A DNA stretch of 64,000 nucleotides from Candidatus Latescibacterota bacterium (GTDB taxonomy: Bacteria > Latescibacterota > UBA2968): assembly GCA_965116885.1 (NCBI GenBank), contig OZ220741.1, positions 1,376,001 to 1,440,000 on the forward strand, written 5' to 3'. Below the pieces are notes generated by a model. That model did no database searches and was not told where the DNA came from. It saw only the letters and a program-made list of their open reading frames with translations. This document shows, piece after piece, positions 1 to 10,490 of this stretch (positions within the stretch are counted from its first letter, which is position 1; each line of letters starts with the position of its first letter). The translations under genes were made by a program, and so were the position numbers.

Positions 1-1
1 C

Positions 2-97
2 GGATTATTACTTGGCGGTCATTTTGGATTATTGTGGGGTGTTATCGGGAGTGTTATTGGTGGGTTCTTCGGATATCGAGCAGGAAGCAGAGGATAG
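2..97 (+). CDS. 3' end of a gene cut by the window edge; glycine-zipper-like hydrophobic C-terminus
   Basis: Open frame GLLLGGHFGLLWGVIGSVIGGFFGYRAGSRG* with GxxxG periodicity; its TAG abuts the ATG at 98. Confidence 0.6.
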   Translation, partial: GLLLGGHFGLLWGVIGSVIGGFFGYRAGSRG

Positions 98-406
98 ATG
101 ACAATAACTATTAGCGAAGGTGAGCTAATTCTTGGTGCGTCGTTTATTCTTATTTACTGTGCTGTCTGTTTCTATTGTAGAAAGACACCAGAACTCTCGA
201 AAATTATTACAATTATGACAGCAAGTATCGCAGTCATAAAGGTAGTATCTCTCGGGTACACCGCCTTTCTTTCTAATACACTACCGAAGGAATGTGACGA
301 GTATAAAGCGTTCATTCTCGTGGGTATGATTACCAGCCTGTATATGTGTGCATATTCCTTATTTGGATGCTTCAAATCAGTCACAGAAAAAGGGGACGTG
401 CTATGA
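98..406 (+). CDS. Small hypothetical membrane protein (about 3 TM segments)
   Basis: 102-aa ORF with three hydrophobic stretches, coupled to the upstream stop, followed by a terminator; AT-richer than neighbours. Confidence 0.65.
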   Translation: MTITISEGELILGASFILIYCAVCFYCRKTPELSKIITIMTASIAVIKVVSLGYTAFLSNTLPKECDEYKAFILVGMITSLYMCAYSLFGCFKSVTEKGDVL

Positions 407-421
407 ACACGTCCCCTTTTT
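387..421. terminator. Bidirectional intrinsic terminator
   Basis: AAAAAGGGGACGTG-ctatgaa-CACGTCCCCTTTTT between convergent genes. Confidence 0.85.
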
Positions 422-476
422 CGTATCACCTCGGCTTCGGCACTATTCTACATAATCTCCTAACTATATTCAAACC

Positions 477-3365
477 CTATTGACACGCCTCACATGTCCC
501 ATCTGTAATATCGCATGACGCGGCTGTTGGGCCTGGGGTGGCAGGGGTCTGGTGTACCTGCCCATTGAGAGGCGCGTCTGTTTCTGCAGGTGCATCTTCG
601 CGTTGTACTTGCACATCGCTCGAAGCGGATTTGGATTGCATCCACCGGGGCTGGACGCCGCGTTTGTTGATGTCCATGGTGGATTTCTCGATCTGGGTCG
701 CGGCGAGGGAGCGCAAGTAGTACGTGGTTTTTAGTCCGCGTATCCAGGCGAGTTTGTACATGTCGTCCAGTGCTTTGCCGCTGGGGGCTGCGATGTACAG
801 GTTCAGCGATTGGCCCATGTCGATCCACTTTTGCCGGCGGCTGGCGCATTCGATGAGCCATTCGGGTGCCACTTCAAACGCGGTTTTGTAGAGGTCTTTT
901 ATATCTTGTGGGATGCGGTCGATTTCCTGGACTGAGCCGTCGTAGTATTTCAGATCATCTACCATCTGGTCGTCCCACAGGTCGCGCGCTTTTAAGGCAT
1001 CGACCATGTAGGGATTTAATACTGTGAAGTCACCGGACAGATTTGCTTTTACATACAGGTTGCGATACATCGGCTCGATGGATTGCGTCACGCCCGAGAT
1101 ATTCGATATGGTGGCGGTTGGGGCAATGGCCATTACGTTGCTGTTTCGCATGCCGTGTTTGGCGACTGCTTCGCGCACCACATTCCAGTCCAGGCGCGCG
1201 GATGCATCGACTTCGAGGTACGATCCCCGTTCCTGTCCCAACACGGCCAGGGTATCGATGGGCAATATGCCGCGGTCCCATTTTGAACCGATGTAGGAAT
1301 GGTATGTGCCGCGTTCTTCGGATAGGTGCGTTGAGGCGAGGATGGCGTAATACGAGATCATTTCCATGCTGATGTCGGCAAAGTCAACCGCGCCTTGTGA
1401 AGCGTAGGGCAAATTCAACAGGTAGAGCGCGTCCTGAAATCCCATCACGCCCAGGCCCACGGGGCGGTGGCGTTTGTTGGATGTGGCGGCTTCTTCTGTG
1501 GGATAGAAATTGATGTCTATCACGTTGTCCAGCATCCTGAGTGCTGTCGATACCGTGTCTTCCAGCAACTCGCGGTTGAGGCCCGTGGGTGTGATGTGTG
1601 CCACGAGGTTTACGGAGCCGAGGTTGCATACTGCGGTTTCTTCGCGGCTCGTGTTCAACAGTATTTCAGTACACAGGTTCGAACTGTGGACAACGCCCGC
1701 GTGGTCCTGCGGGGAGCGGATATTGGACGGGTCCTTAAATGTGATCCACGGATGCCCGGTTTCAAAGAGCATAGACAACATTTTGCGCCACAATTGCACG
1801 GCATCGATCTGGCGAGATTGTTGCAGTTCACCAGCTTCGGCCTTTTGTTCATACGCGAGGTATTTCTCTTCAAATGCTTTGCCGTACAAATCGTGCAGGT
1901 CGGGGACTTCATCCGGGCTAAACAGGGTCCAGGATCCCTTTTCCATGACGCGCTTCATAAACAGGTCGGGGATCCAGTTGGCCGTGTTCATGTCGTGTGT
2001 GCGGCGGCGATCATCGCCCGTGTTTTTACGCAACTCCATAAAATCTTCGATGTCCAGGTGCCAGGTTTCCAAATAGGAGCATACCGCCCCTTTGCGTTTT
2101 CCGCCCTGGTTGACGGCAACTGCTGTGTCGTTCACGACTTTCAAAAATGGAATGACGCCCTGGCTTCTGCCATTTGTGCCGCGGATATAGGAATTTGTCG
2201 CGCGCACATTGGTCCAGTCATTGCCCAGGCCGCCTGCCCATTTGGACAATTTGGCATTGTCGGATACCATTTTGAATATGTGTTCCAGATCGTCTTGTGC
2301 GGTTGACAGATAACACGAGGACAATTGCGGGTGCAGGGTGCCGGCATTAAACAGGGTGGGGGTAGCAGAGACAAATCTGAAGGAAGAGAGCACTTCGTAA
2401 AATTGAATGGCGCGCGCTTCTTTGTCGTCTTCATCCCAGGCGAGGCCCATGGCCACGCGCATCCAGAAAAACTGCGGGGTTTCAATGCGGCGCTCGTTGA
2501 CGTGGAGCAAATAGCGATCAAAAATGGTTTGTACGCCCAGGTACTCAAAGTCTTCATCGCGCTCGGGTTTTAAGGCCGCGGATAGACGCTCCAGGTCATA
2601 AGTGCGCAATTTGGGATCTAAGCGGTCGTTTTCAATGCCCGTTTCAATAAATTTTGCGAATCCCTGCCGGCAGGCAGTGTCTCTGTCTTCAAGCGCGGGC
2701 TTGAACCCGAGGGCGTGGCGATAGATCACGTTGAGGAGCAACCGCATGGCGACTTTGCTATAGGCGGGTTCTTTTTCTACGCGGCTGCGCGCTGCCAGGA
2801 TCATGGCGCGTTCTATATCGTCGGGTTTGATGTCGTCGTAGAGGGAGCGGTATATCTCCTCGAGCAGGCCCTGAGGATCTACCTCGTCATCGCAAACGGC
2901 AAATACTTCGGTGCGAATGCGGTTGGCGTCCAGGGGTTCGCGCTTGCCGTCGGCTGTTTGTACGCGGAGTTTGGGCGCGTTGGGGTCCTGGGGTTCTTCT
3001 TTGCCGCTGAGTACGCGGGCTTTTTTGTGGTCTTCTCGATAGACGATGTAGCGCCGCGCGACCGCAAAGTGGCCTGCACGCATTAGATGGATTTCGACTT
3101 TGTCCTGAATGCGTTCGACATCCACGCTGTCATCCGGCTCGTGCAATTCCCCTTCAATTTCAGCAATAACAGCGTCGGTGAGTTCCGACACATCAGTTCC
3201 AATTTTGGGCGGCAATGAATGATCGTTGGACAAGCCCAACTCGGCTCTAAATGCCGCCTCAATCGCGCGTTCAATGCGCGAGCGGTCAAAATCGACGACC
3301 CGACCATCGCGTTTGCGTACCGCAAAATCAACTGCTTCCAGTAAAGTATCAACTATTTCGGCCAT
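477..3365 (-). CDS. nrdA: Ribonucleoside-diphosphate reductase alpha subunit (class I) with two N-terminal ATP cones
   Basis: VRKRDGR ATP cone, [37 protein letters not shown]-terminal CEACQ; start moved to MAEIV after a GGAGG SD. Confidence 0.97.
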   Translation of the reverse strand: MAEIVDTLLEAVDFAVRKRDGRVVDFDRSRIERAIEAAFRAELGLSNDHSLPPKIGTDVSELTDAVIAEIEGELHEPDDSVDVERIQDKVEIHLMRAGHFAVARRYIVYREDHKKARVLSGKEEPQDPNAPKLRVQTADGKREPLDANRIRTEVFAVCDDEVDPQGLLEEIYRSLYDDIKPDDIERAMILAARSRVEKEPAYSKVAMRLLLNVIYRHALGFKPALEDRDTACRQGFAKFIETGIENDRLDPKLRTYDLERLSAALKPERDEDFEYLGVQTIFDRYLLHVNERRIETPQFFWMRVAMGLAWDEDDKEARAIQFYEVLSSFRFVSATPTLFNAGTLHPQLSSCYLSTAQDDLEHIFKMVSDNAKLSKWAGGLGNDWTNVRATNSYIRGTNGRSQGVIPFLKVVNDTAVAVNQGGKRKGAVCSYLETWHLDIEDFMELRKNTGDDRRRTHDMNTANWIPDLFMKRVMEKGSWTLFSPDEVPDLHDLYGKAFEEKYLAYEQKAEAGELQQSRQIDAVQLWRKMLSMLFETGHPWITFKDPSNIRSPQDHAGVVHSSNLCTEILLNTSREETAVCNLGSVNLVAHITPTGLNRELLEDTVSTALRMLDNVIDINFYPTEEAATSNKRHRPVGLGVMGFQDALYLLNLPYASQGAVDFADISMEMISYYAILASTHLSEERGTYHSYIGSKWDRGILPIDTLAVLGQERGSYLEVDASARLDWNVVREAVAKHGMRNSNVMAIAPTATISNISGVTQSIEPMYRNLYVKANLSGDFTVLNPYMVDALKARDLWDDQMVDDLKYYDGSVQEIDRIPQDIKDLYKTAFEVAPEWLIECASRRQKWIDMGQSLNLYIAAPSGKALDDMYKLAWIRGLKTTYYLRSLAATQIEKSTMDINKRGVQPRWMQSKSASSDVQVQREDAPAETDAPLNGQVHQTPATPGPTAASCDITDGTCEACQ

Positions 3366-3681
3366 GCCTGCCTCCCAAATGCGAGCCGAGAACCAATAGG
3401 AGCCTGCTCCCGCGCGTTCTGACAGAAAAAATAAACCCATAACCGCTGCATAAAAACCACAACGGGGAGGGTTGGAAAATGAGCGTGGGGGTTTGTTTTC
3501 TAAGACAACAAATCGGGAAAACATGAGGTTGGAAATCCCAATCGCAGAGGAGGGGAGAGACTGCGAATAATGGATTTGTTTTCCCGAAAAAAATAATAAC
3601 TTACGCAGTTGTAATGATTTGTTTGAGTTTGCAAAAAATAGCTAAAGGGGGAGAGCCGTAATTTTTCATTAACAACTGCAA

Positions 3682-3728
3682 ACACAATATATGGTGGTCT
3701 ATGAAAAAAGTCAATACCAAATGTGCGT
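3682..3728. promoter_or_regulatory. Tandem NrdR boxes
   Basis: ACACAATATATGGTGG (3682-3697) matches consensus acaCwAtATaTwGtg; a degenerate second box ATACCAAATGTGCGT starts 32 bp later; upstream of nrdA. Confidence 0.8.
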
Positions 3729-3938
3729 AAATTGTAACTTTACCAGCATTGTGTTGTGCGTGCGTTCAATTGCTTGTATATGCGAGATTTAGAGCAAAAA
3801 TTTGAGGCTGGGGGAAATGAGTTTCGCATGCGCGACAGGGAAACAATACATTTTTTAGTGTATTATTTTTTTTTCTAAAAAAACCTTTGACGCGGTGGGT
3901 AAAATGCCGAATATTCTGGGTGTTGATAGGGGTGGATT

Positions 3939-4030
3939 GGGCGGGCACGGGGAACGGGACGGCACAGGGGCCGTCCCCTACAATGATATTGTTAATCTGG
4001 TTTTGTAGGGGCGACCCCCTGTGGTCGCCC
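3939..4030. repeat. GTAG-type REP doublet (REPIN/BIME-like)
   Basis: GGGACGGCACAGGGGCCGTCCCCTAC ... GTAGGGGCGACCCCCTGTGGTCGCCC; related copies at seven other loci. Confidence 0.85.
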
Positions 4031-4053
4031 GCTAAAAAGAAAGGATCGGAGAG

Positions 4054-5217
4054 ATGGACGCTCATTTGCTCGCTTCACTGACACAGACCAAAAAGGCCAG
4101 GACGCTGCGGGCATCGTCGTGGGATAACAGTGGACGCAATGGCGATGCATGGGTTATTGAGGGGGGAGAGACGCGCGTGTTGGCCGATCTCAAGGGACCG
4201 GGGTGTATTACGCATATCTGGATGACGCAGAGCGGGGAAGGTGCTTTTCGCAATGTGGTTTTGAAGATGTTTTGGGATGGTGAAGACGATCCGAGTGTCG
4301 AGGTGCCGTTGGGAGATTTCTTTTGTTTGGGACACGGTATTTCAACGTCTTTTCAATCGCTGCCCTTTTCGGCATCTGCGAATGCACAGCGCGAGAATCA
4401 GTTTGTGCCCAATGCCGCGCTGAATTGCTATTTGCTGATGCCGTTTAATCTTTCTGCGCGCGTTGAGGTGACGAATGAGGGCGATGAATCCTATCGGCAA
4501 TATTTTTATGTGGATTACGAATTATACGACGCTCCCTGGGGAGAAGATACGGCGTATTTTCACGCGCAATTTCACAGGGAAAATCCGTGCGATGGCTGGG
4601 GGCATGAGATTCGGGTCAATACGCCAGAGGCGAATATTGTCAATGTCGAACGGCAGGCGTGGGATGGCAATTACGCGATTCTGGAGGCGGCGGGGGTCGG
4701 GCACTATATTGGGTGCAATTTGTCGGTGACGAATTTTCAAGGGACGTGGTGGGGCGAGGGCGATGATATGATCTGGGTGGATGGGTACAAGTGGCCGCCG
4801 GAGTTGCACGGTACAGGTAGCGAGGATTATCTCAATCAGGCGTGGGGGATGCAGGATAATGCGTTTTTGATGAATGGGTCGTCGATTTACGAGCGGAATA
4901 CGGGCGGGTATCAGACGTCTTATGTGTTTCATTTGACCAATCCGGTGCGGTTTGAGAAGGAGATTAAGGTGACGATTGAGCACGGGCACGGGAATCATCT
5001 GGCGAATGAGATGGCGTCTGTGGCGTATTGGTATCAAAAAGAGCCGCATCGCCCATTTGGGATTATAGATGTGGCACAGCGACAGCCCGTGGAGAAGTCG
5101 CGCGAGGGTGAGTGGGTTCAAGATAGCGCGAATCAGACGCCGCAGCGCGAGGTGGAATTGAATGCGGAGATGCGAGAGAAGAAGCAACAGTGGGCGATGA
5201 AGAATGAAGGGAGATAG
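4054..5217 (+). CDS. DUF2961 / glycoside hydrolase family 172 protein
   Basis: GPGCITHIWMT, PSVEVPLGDFF, WWGEGDD, GTGSEDY, IEHGHGN motifs. Confidence 0.9.
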   Translation: MDAHLLASLTQTKKARTLRASSWDNSGRNGDAWVIEGGETRVLADLKGPGCITHIWMTQSGEGAFRNVVLKMFWDGEDDPSVEVPLGDFFCLGHGISTSFQSLPFSASANAQRENQFVPNAALNCYLLMPFNLSARVEVTNEGDESYRQYFYVDYELYDAPWGEDTAYFHAQFHRENPCDGWGHEIRVNTPEANIVNVERQAWDGNYAILEAAGVGHYIGCNLSVTNFQGTWWGEGDDMIWVDGYKWPPELHGTGSEDYLNQAWGMQDNAFLMNGSSIYERNTGGYQTSYVFHLTNPVRFEKEIKVTIEHGHGNHLANEMASVAYWYQKEPHRPFGIIDVAQRQPVEKSREGEWVQDSANQTPQREVELNAEMREKKQQWAMKNEGR

Positions 5218-5221
5218 GACT

Positions 5222-5791
5222 ATGCTGGAGACAAAGTTAAAATTGGGCTTGAAAGATCAGGGACGATTGCTGACGGATGAGGCGTTTGCTCAGGCGGAGT
5301 GCGATGCGCCCTATCGATATGAGCGTGTGGAAGAGCGGTTGGTTGTGATGGAGCCGAGCGATTTGCCGCATATGCAGGTGGTTTCTGCTATTCTCGAAAG
5401 CCTCTATGTCTATAGACATACCCATTCGGGGACGATTGAACTCATTGCACCCGAGGGCTGGATACGGACTTCGGATCAGACGGATCGGGTTGGTGATATT
5501 GCCGTGTATTTGGAGGATGTGTCTGCTGACCATATTTATGATCTCGTTCCCGATCTCGTTTTTGAGGTTGTGAGTCAGGGGAGCGAAGAGCGAGATTATA
5601 TTTTGAAGCGAGGGGAATATTTTGATACAGGTGTGGCAGAGTATGTGATTGTCGATCCTTTCCGGCGGGTTGTTACGGTTCTTTCGCGTGGTGAGGACGA
5701 TTATCTGTCTCGGGAATTGCGGGAAGGCGATGTTTATACTTCTGATCAGTTGCCGGGGTTTGAGCTTCGGATTGCTGATTTGAGATGGTAG
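5222..5791 (+). CDS. Uma2 (DUF820) family PD-(D/E)xK endonuclease-like protein
   Basis: PDLVFEVVS, K..EY...GV.EY.IVDP and LPGFEL motifs. Confidence 0.9.
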   Translation: MLETKLKLGLKDQGRLLTDEAFAQAECDAPYRYERVEERLVVMEPSDLPHMQVVSAILESLYVYRHTHSGTIELIAPEGWIRTSDQTDRVGDIAVYLEDVSADHIYDLVPDLVFEVVSQGSEERDYILKRGEYFDTGVAEYVIVDPFRRVVTVLSRGEDDYLSRELREGDVYTSDQLPGFELRIADLRW

Positions 5792-5800
5792 AGGTCTTTT

Positions 5801-6898
5801 ATGTCTGAACATATTACGATTTTGGGTGGGGGTAATACGGCGTTTGCTGCGGCTGCGAATCTGACGTTGAAGGGGTTTGGCGTTACGCTTTGTGAATTGC
5901 CGGAGTTTGGGGAGATGCTCGATCCCGTGCGGGATAGTGGCGTGATTCATCTATTGGGTGTTGAGGAGGCGGGGGCGGCGAGAGTTCACACTTTGACCAC
6001 GGATATTGAGGCGGCTTTGAATGCCTCGGATCTGATTCTGGTGATTGTGCCGGCGTATGCACATAAGCCTTTTGCGCTGGCGTGTGCGCGCTATCTGGGA
6101 CCCGATCATACGGTTGTGCTGATGCCGGGTACGCTGGGTACGCTGGAATGGGCGACGCTGTTGAGGAAACAGGGTGTGGAGGGGATTACACTTGCCGAGG
6201 TGGATACCGCGCCTTATGTGTGTCGGAAGACGGCGCCGGATACGGCGACGATTTGGGGTACTGTGACGGGGTTGGGGCTGGGGGTTTTGCCGGCGACGGA
6301 GACTGAGCGGGTGCGCGAGCGTCTGTCGCCTTTTTTTCCGGGGATTCAGTCGTATCCGACGGTGATGGCGTGTGGTTTGTCTGCGATGAATCCGGTTGTG
6401 CATCCCGCGGGTGTGTTGATGAATGCGGGGCGGATTGAGTATTCTCACGGGGAGTTCTATTTTTACGAGGAGGGGGTTTCCCCGTCTGTGGCGAAGACGA
6501 TTATGGCTGTGGATGCAGAGCGCAGAGCTATTGCAAAGGCTTTGGGATATGATCTGGTGGCGGCGGATGAGGCGTTTTATCGGGCGGGTTTTGGTCCGCA
6601 GGGCGATTTGTGGGCCGCGATTAATGGCAGCCGGATGTTGACGCAACTCAAGGCGCCGGGATCGCTTGAGAGCCGATGGCTTACGGAGGATATTCCCTAC
6701 GGTCTTTCAGCCTGGCACGATGTGGGCGCGCAATACGGGGTGGATGCGCCTTTGATGCGGGGATTAGTGGATATTGCGTCTGTGGTGATGGGTTTTGATG
6801 GGTGGACTTCAGGGCGCAGTGTGCGCGAGTTGGGGATTGAAGGGATGGGGCTGGAGAGGTTGAATGCGTTTTTGGAGGTCGGTTACTCCACGTCGTAA
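5801..6898 (+). CDS. NAD/NADP octopine/nopaline (opine) dehydrogenase family protein
   Basis: ILGGGN Rossmann motif, NPVVHP, FYFYEEG, RWLTEDIPYGL. Confidence 0.9.
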   Translation: MSEHITILGGGNTAFAAAANLTLKGFGVTLCELPEFGEMLDPVRDSGVIHLLGVEEAGAARVHTLTTDIEAALNASDLILVIVPAYAHKPFALACARYLGPDHTVVLMPGTLGTLEWATLLRKQGVEGITLAEVDTAPYVCRKTAPDTATIWGTVTGLGLGVLPATETERVRERLSPFFPGIQSYPTVMACGLSAMNPVVHPAGVLMNAGRIEYSHGEFYFYEEGVSPSVAKTIMAVDAERRAIAKALGYDLVAADEAFYRAGFGPQGDLWAAINGSRMLTQLKAPGSLESRWLTEDIPYGLSAWHDVGAQYGVDAPLMRGLVDIASVVMGFDGWTSGRSVRELGIEGMGLERLNAFLEVGYSTS

Positions 6899-7713
6899 AC
6901 ACAACGAAAACCGATGGATCCACTGGTCGTGCGTGGAAAAAAGCGGCGTCTGATTGTTGCGCGCATATCCTGAGGGAGCGGCGACGTAGCCCCGCCTCGC
7001 ACCACCCGGTGCGTGCCCGTTTCAGGGCCTGGAGGATTTTCCCCAGGACTGGCGGCATAATAATTTGAATCGTACCAATCCCAGACCCACTCTGCCACGT
7101 TGCCACCCATATCGCGTACACCATAAGGACTCACATCAACTTCATGCGCACCCACAGCAGCCGTTGGCCCTTTAGTACTCCAATCCACTAATAGAGATGT
7201 GTCAAGGGGTTCATTGGACCAGGGAAAATGCTGCCCATTTTCACCGCGTGCTGCTTTTTCCCATTCGGCCTCAGTGGGCAAGCGCCCGCCGATGCGTTCA
7301 CAATATGCTTTTGCGCCATACCAGGAAACTTCCGTCATCGGATGATCGGATTTGGTCGAGTCGAGGACAACAAGCCCATTTACAGTAAATCCGATTTGTA
7401 TGTCGCGATCATTGAGGTCAACCAACGCGTTGCCTTCTGCATCTTCCAGTTTTTCAATGAGGCGCAGATAGAACGCGTACTGTTCATTGGTCACTTCGTA
7501 TGTATCAATGCGATACGCCTCTAAAAAAACAGTGTGGGATGGTTGCTCGGCGTCGGACCATGAATTGGATCCCATGACGAATGCACCGGCAGGAACCAGT
7601 ACTGTTTTTTCAAGATCATAAGTTAGCCCTTGCTCGTAAGGGTCATTTACACTGCCGATACCACAGCCGTAAAATGCGATCAGAATGAAAAATAAAAAAC
7701 GCCAGTAGATCAT
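6883..7713 (-). CDS. FGE-sulfatase (SUMF1-like) domain lipoprotein
   Basis: Lipobox FYGC; EVTNEQY, RLPTEAEWEKAARG, DMGGNVAEWV, RVVRGG, IGFRC; catalytic FGE cysteines not evident. Confidence 0.9.
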   Translation of the reverse strand: MIYWRFLFFILIAFYGCGIGSVNDPYEQGLTYDLEKTVLVPAGAFVMGSNSWSDAEQPSHTVFLEAYRIDTYEVTNEQYAFYLRLIEKLEDAEGNALVDLNDRDIQIGFTVNGLVVLDSTKSDHPMTEVSWYGAKAYCERIGGRLPTEAEWEKAARGENGQHFPWSNEPLDTSLLVDWSTKGPTAAVGAHEVDVSPYGVRDMGGNVAEWVWDWYDSNYYAASPGENPPGPETGTHRVVRGGATSPLPQDMRATIRRRFFPRTTSGSIGFRCVYDVE

Positions 7714-7812
7714 AAGTCATCACGCCCATGCGTTAAAAGTACACAAAACAGAGGTGTTTGACGATCCCCGGCGTTTTTAATGTAGATCAGAATGCTGAAT
7801 GGTGCAAGAGAA

Positions 7813-8391
7813 TTACAGTTTCTTAATGTCTATGTTGCGGAACCAGATCTGGTTGCCGTGGTCTTGAAGGCCGATGTACCCGGGTTCGGTCATTTCGCGG
7901 AATGCGCGGTTGAATTTGTTGCGCGTGCCGTCCGGGTTCTGGTTCGGCGTGGTCCAGCGGTTGAGGTCCATGTCGGTGATTTGCTCGCCGTTTAAGGTGA
8001 CGCGGATGATGTTGTCCATAGCGTAGAGGATCATGTGATTCCATTCGCCCGCGGGTTTGCAGGTGTTGTGCGTAGGGGCTTGTAAATCATAGACTGCGCC
8101 GCAGCATTTGGTGGTTGCGGGGTCGTGTCCGTGTGTGTCCAGTATTTGGATTTCAATGCCGGTTTGCACGGGGTTGTCCAGATCGGTCCAGCGGAAGAAG
8201 ACGCCGCTGTTGGTTCTGGGGGGATGTTTGAATTCGAGCGAGAGTTCAAAGTTTTTGAACTGGTCTTCTGTGTAGTACAGGTATTTCCCCTGTTCTGCGG
8301 TGCAGAAAAGACAGCCGTGATCTACGATCCAGCCGTCGGGATTGCCGGTGGCTGCCCAGCCGTTGAGGGTTTTGCCGTCGAAGAGTTGCAT
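7813..8391 (-). CDS. DUF1080 (3-keto-disaccharide hydrolase) domain protein
   Basis: LFDGKTLNGW, NSGVFFR, EIQILD, GEWN, GYIGLQDHG, FRNI. Confidence 0.92.
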   Translation of the reverse strand: MQLFDGKTLNGWAATGNPDGWIVDHGCLFCTAEQGKYLYYTEDQFKNFELSLEFKHPPRTNSGVFFRWTDLDNPVQTGIEIQILDTHGHDPATTKCCGAVYDLQAPTHNTCKPAGEWNHMILYAMDNIIRVTLNGEQITDMDLNRWTTPNQNPDGTRNKFNRAFREMTEPGYIGLQDHGNQIWFRNIDIKKL

Positions 8392-8403
8392 GTAGCCTCC
8401 TTG

Positions 8404-9351
8404 TTAGGTAGTGATTGCGACGGGTTCTGTGAGATGTTCGCCGCGCATGGCGCGCGAGCGGTCGTAATAGGTCCACAGGTCTTCGAGTTCAAATTCTGCT
8501 TCGATGTCTTCTACGGATATATCTTCCATGAGGGATTCGAGTACGAATGTGGCTTCGGGGCGCATGATGTGGATGCGGACCCCCGCGCCATAGGTGCTGT
8601 GTATGTCGCCGAGTTTGTTCTGGTTGAAGTCGAGGTGGTAGGCTTTGGTGTCTGCGTTGATTTCGGCAAATGCAAAGGGCGGGAGTTTGCCCTGTTCCAC
8701 GAGGGGTTCACTATAGCCTTGCCACGCGAGGCGGTGGCCGCACATGTCGGTGATGGAGCTTTCCTGGGATTGGCTGACGACGAGAAAGACGCCGTAATCG
8801 CGTGCCCAGGCGGCGTGTCGCATGCCGCCGTTGAACATGCTGGGGAAGAAGACCATGCGCGCACCCGAGCGGGCGAGCATCATGGCGACTTCGGGAAATT
8901 TGAGGTCAAAACAGATGCACATGCCCACGCGACCGCAGTCTGTGGCGAAAGAGTTGGCCTGTGTGCCGGGCAGGGTGCCGCGTTCCATTTCGTTGACGGT
9001 GGGTTGCACTTTGTGGTAGCGTCCCAGGACGTTTCCATCTCGGCCGATGAGGACGGCGGCGTTGAAGGTCTGGTCTTCCCACCGCTCTTGCATGCCGACG
9101 ATGACATGGGTGCCAATTTCCGCGGCTGCTTTGCCAATGGCTTCGGTTGTGGGACCGGGTACGGGTTCGCCCATCCATGCATCGCTGTCCTGTGGACAGC
9201 CGAGTTCTCGCGCGACTTCGGTGAAGCACACAAAGTCGGGGCAATAAGGGGCTGTTTCTTCGAGGTGGCGCACCATGTGTTCTACATTTTGTTCTACGTT
9301 TTTGTACCCACCTCTGGGAAATGAGACGCTGAGGAGTCGGACGGTTTTCAT
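8404..9351 (-). CDS. Carbon-nitrogen hydrolase (nitrilase superfamily) protein
   Basis: Glu-Lys-Cys triad: FTE, YHKVQPT, CICFD; start MKTVR after AAGGAG. Confidence 0.88.
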   Translation of the reverse strand: MKTVRLLSVSFPRGGYKNVEQNVEHMVRHLEETAPYCPDFVCFTEVARELGCPQDSDAWMGEPVPGPTTEAIGKAAAEIGTHVIVGMQERWEDQTFNAAVLIGRDGNVLGRYHKVQPTVNEMERGTLPGTQANSFATDCGRVGMCICFDLKFPEVAMMLARSGARMVFFPSMFNGGMRHAAWARDYGVFLVVSQSQESSITDMCGHRLAWQGYSEPLVEQGKLPPFAFAEINADTKAYHLDFNQNKLGDIHSTYGAGVRIHIMRPEATFVLESLMEDISVEDIEAEFELEDLWTYYDRSRAMRGEHLTEPVAITT

Positions 9352-9421
9352 AATGTTCTCCTTTCTGAGAATCAACGAATCAACGGAACGGGGTACAACT
9401 GGTTCGGGACAGTTCATCAAT

Positions 9422-9448
9422 GTAGGGGCGGTGCCCCTGTGCCCGCCC
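9422..9448. repeat. GTAG-type REP (single copy)
   Basis: GTAGGGGCGGTGCCCCTGTGCCCGCCC, exact reverse complement of 39517-39543. Confidence 0.85.
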
Positions 9449-9467
9449 GTTGGGTGGTTGGGCAGGG

Positions 9468-9500
9468 TTCGTCTATTCGTCTATTCGTCTATTCGTCTAT
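9468..9500. repeat. Octamer tandem repeat (TTCGTCTA)x4
   Basis: ttcgtctattcgtctattcgtctattcgtctat, overlapping the stop of the oxidoreductase gene. Confidence 0.85.
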
Positions 9501-10468
9501 CGCTCGCCGTAATAGGTGGTCAGACACTGGTCCATGACCCATGATGCGCGGGCTCCGGTTTCTCCGGTGGATACGCATTTGCCTTCGCCGCGCAGTTCGT
9601 TGACGATGGTTTGTATCAGGGGTTGTTGGACGTGCGGGGGATTGGGTGCGGCGATGTGTTCTTCTGTGCCGTTGCGTTTGAGGATGATGTCGGTGTCTGC
9701 GAAGACGGGGGTCTGGATTTCGCCTTCGGAGCCCGTAAATGTGATGCGGTTGTCGGCATGGTCGGCGTGGAAGTTCCAGATGCCTGTTCCCACGACGCCG
9801 CTTTCAAATTCAAATGTTGCGGTTGTTACGTCTTCGGCTTCGTACGTTCCGCCGGTGTTGAGCGCGTAGCCGCTGGCGCGGGTGATAGGGCTGACGAGGA
9901 AGTCGAGGATGTCGATGCCGTGTGATGCGAGGTCGAGGAATTTGCCCGCGCCGGCGATGGATGGGTCAAATCGCCAGTTGTTGGGGTTTGTGTCGAGTTT
10001 GCCGTATTGGACGATGTGTACAGATGTGAGGGTTCCTATCGCGCCTTCGCGGAGGAGTTCGCGGACTTTCAGGAAGCGCGGGAGGCCTCGGCGGTAATAG
10101 GCGACGTACAGGGGGAGGTTTTTGGCTTTGAAGGCTTCGACCATTTGTACGCATTCGCGGTGGTTCATGGCCATGGGTTTTTCGACGTAACAGGGTTTGC
10201 CCGCTTCGGCGACGCGCAGTGCGTAGTCGCAGTGTGTGGAGGGCGGCGTGGCGATGTACACGGCGTTGACGTCGGGGTGATGGATGACTTCATCGGCGTT
10301 GCTGGTGGATTGGGATATGCCGTGGCGTTTGGCGAAGTCCGCGGCTTTTTCACCGTCCCGGCGCATGACGATGACGAGTTCTGAATGGTCCGCTTTGTAA
10401 AATCCCGGACCACTTTTGACCTCGCATACATCACCACAACCGATGATGCCCCATTTTACTGTTTGCAT
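9497..10468 (-). CDS. Gfo/Idh/MocA family oxidoreductase
   Basis: WGIIGCG, VYIATPPSTH, YVEKPMA, DLASH. Confidence 0.93.
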   Translation of the reverse strand: MQTVKWGIIGCGDVCEVKSGPGFYKADHSELVIVMRRDGEKAADFAKRHGISQSTSNADEVIHHPDVNAVYIATPPSTHCDYALRVAEAGKPCYVEKPMAMNHRECVQMVEAFKAKNLPLYVAYYRRGLPRFLKVRELLREGAIGTLTSVHIVQYGKLDTNPNNWRFDPSIAGAGKFLDLASHGIDILDFLVSPITRASGYALNTGGTYEAEDVTTATFEFESGVVGTGIWNFHADHADNRITFTGSEGEIQTPVFADTDIILKRNGTEEHIAAPNPPHVQQPLIQTIVNELRGEGKCVSTGETGARASWVMDQCLTTYYGER

Positions 10469-10490
10469 TAGAAGATCCTTTCGATAAAAT

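Noticed and set aside
477..3365. Intein or intron in nrdA
   Set aside because: The length is explained by two ATP cones; catalytic motifs are contiguous and no splice motifs were seen.
3366..3524. 53-aa N-terminal extension of NrdA in the ORF track
   Set aside because: A GGAGG SD precedes the ATG at 3365 and the extension covers the structured leader.
6883..7713. FGE/C-type-lectin-fold gene as a diversity-generating retroelement target
   Set aside because: No reverse transcriptase and no template repeat matching its 3' end was seen in the window.
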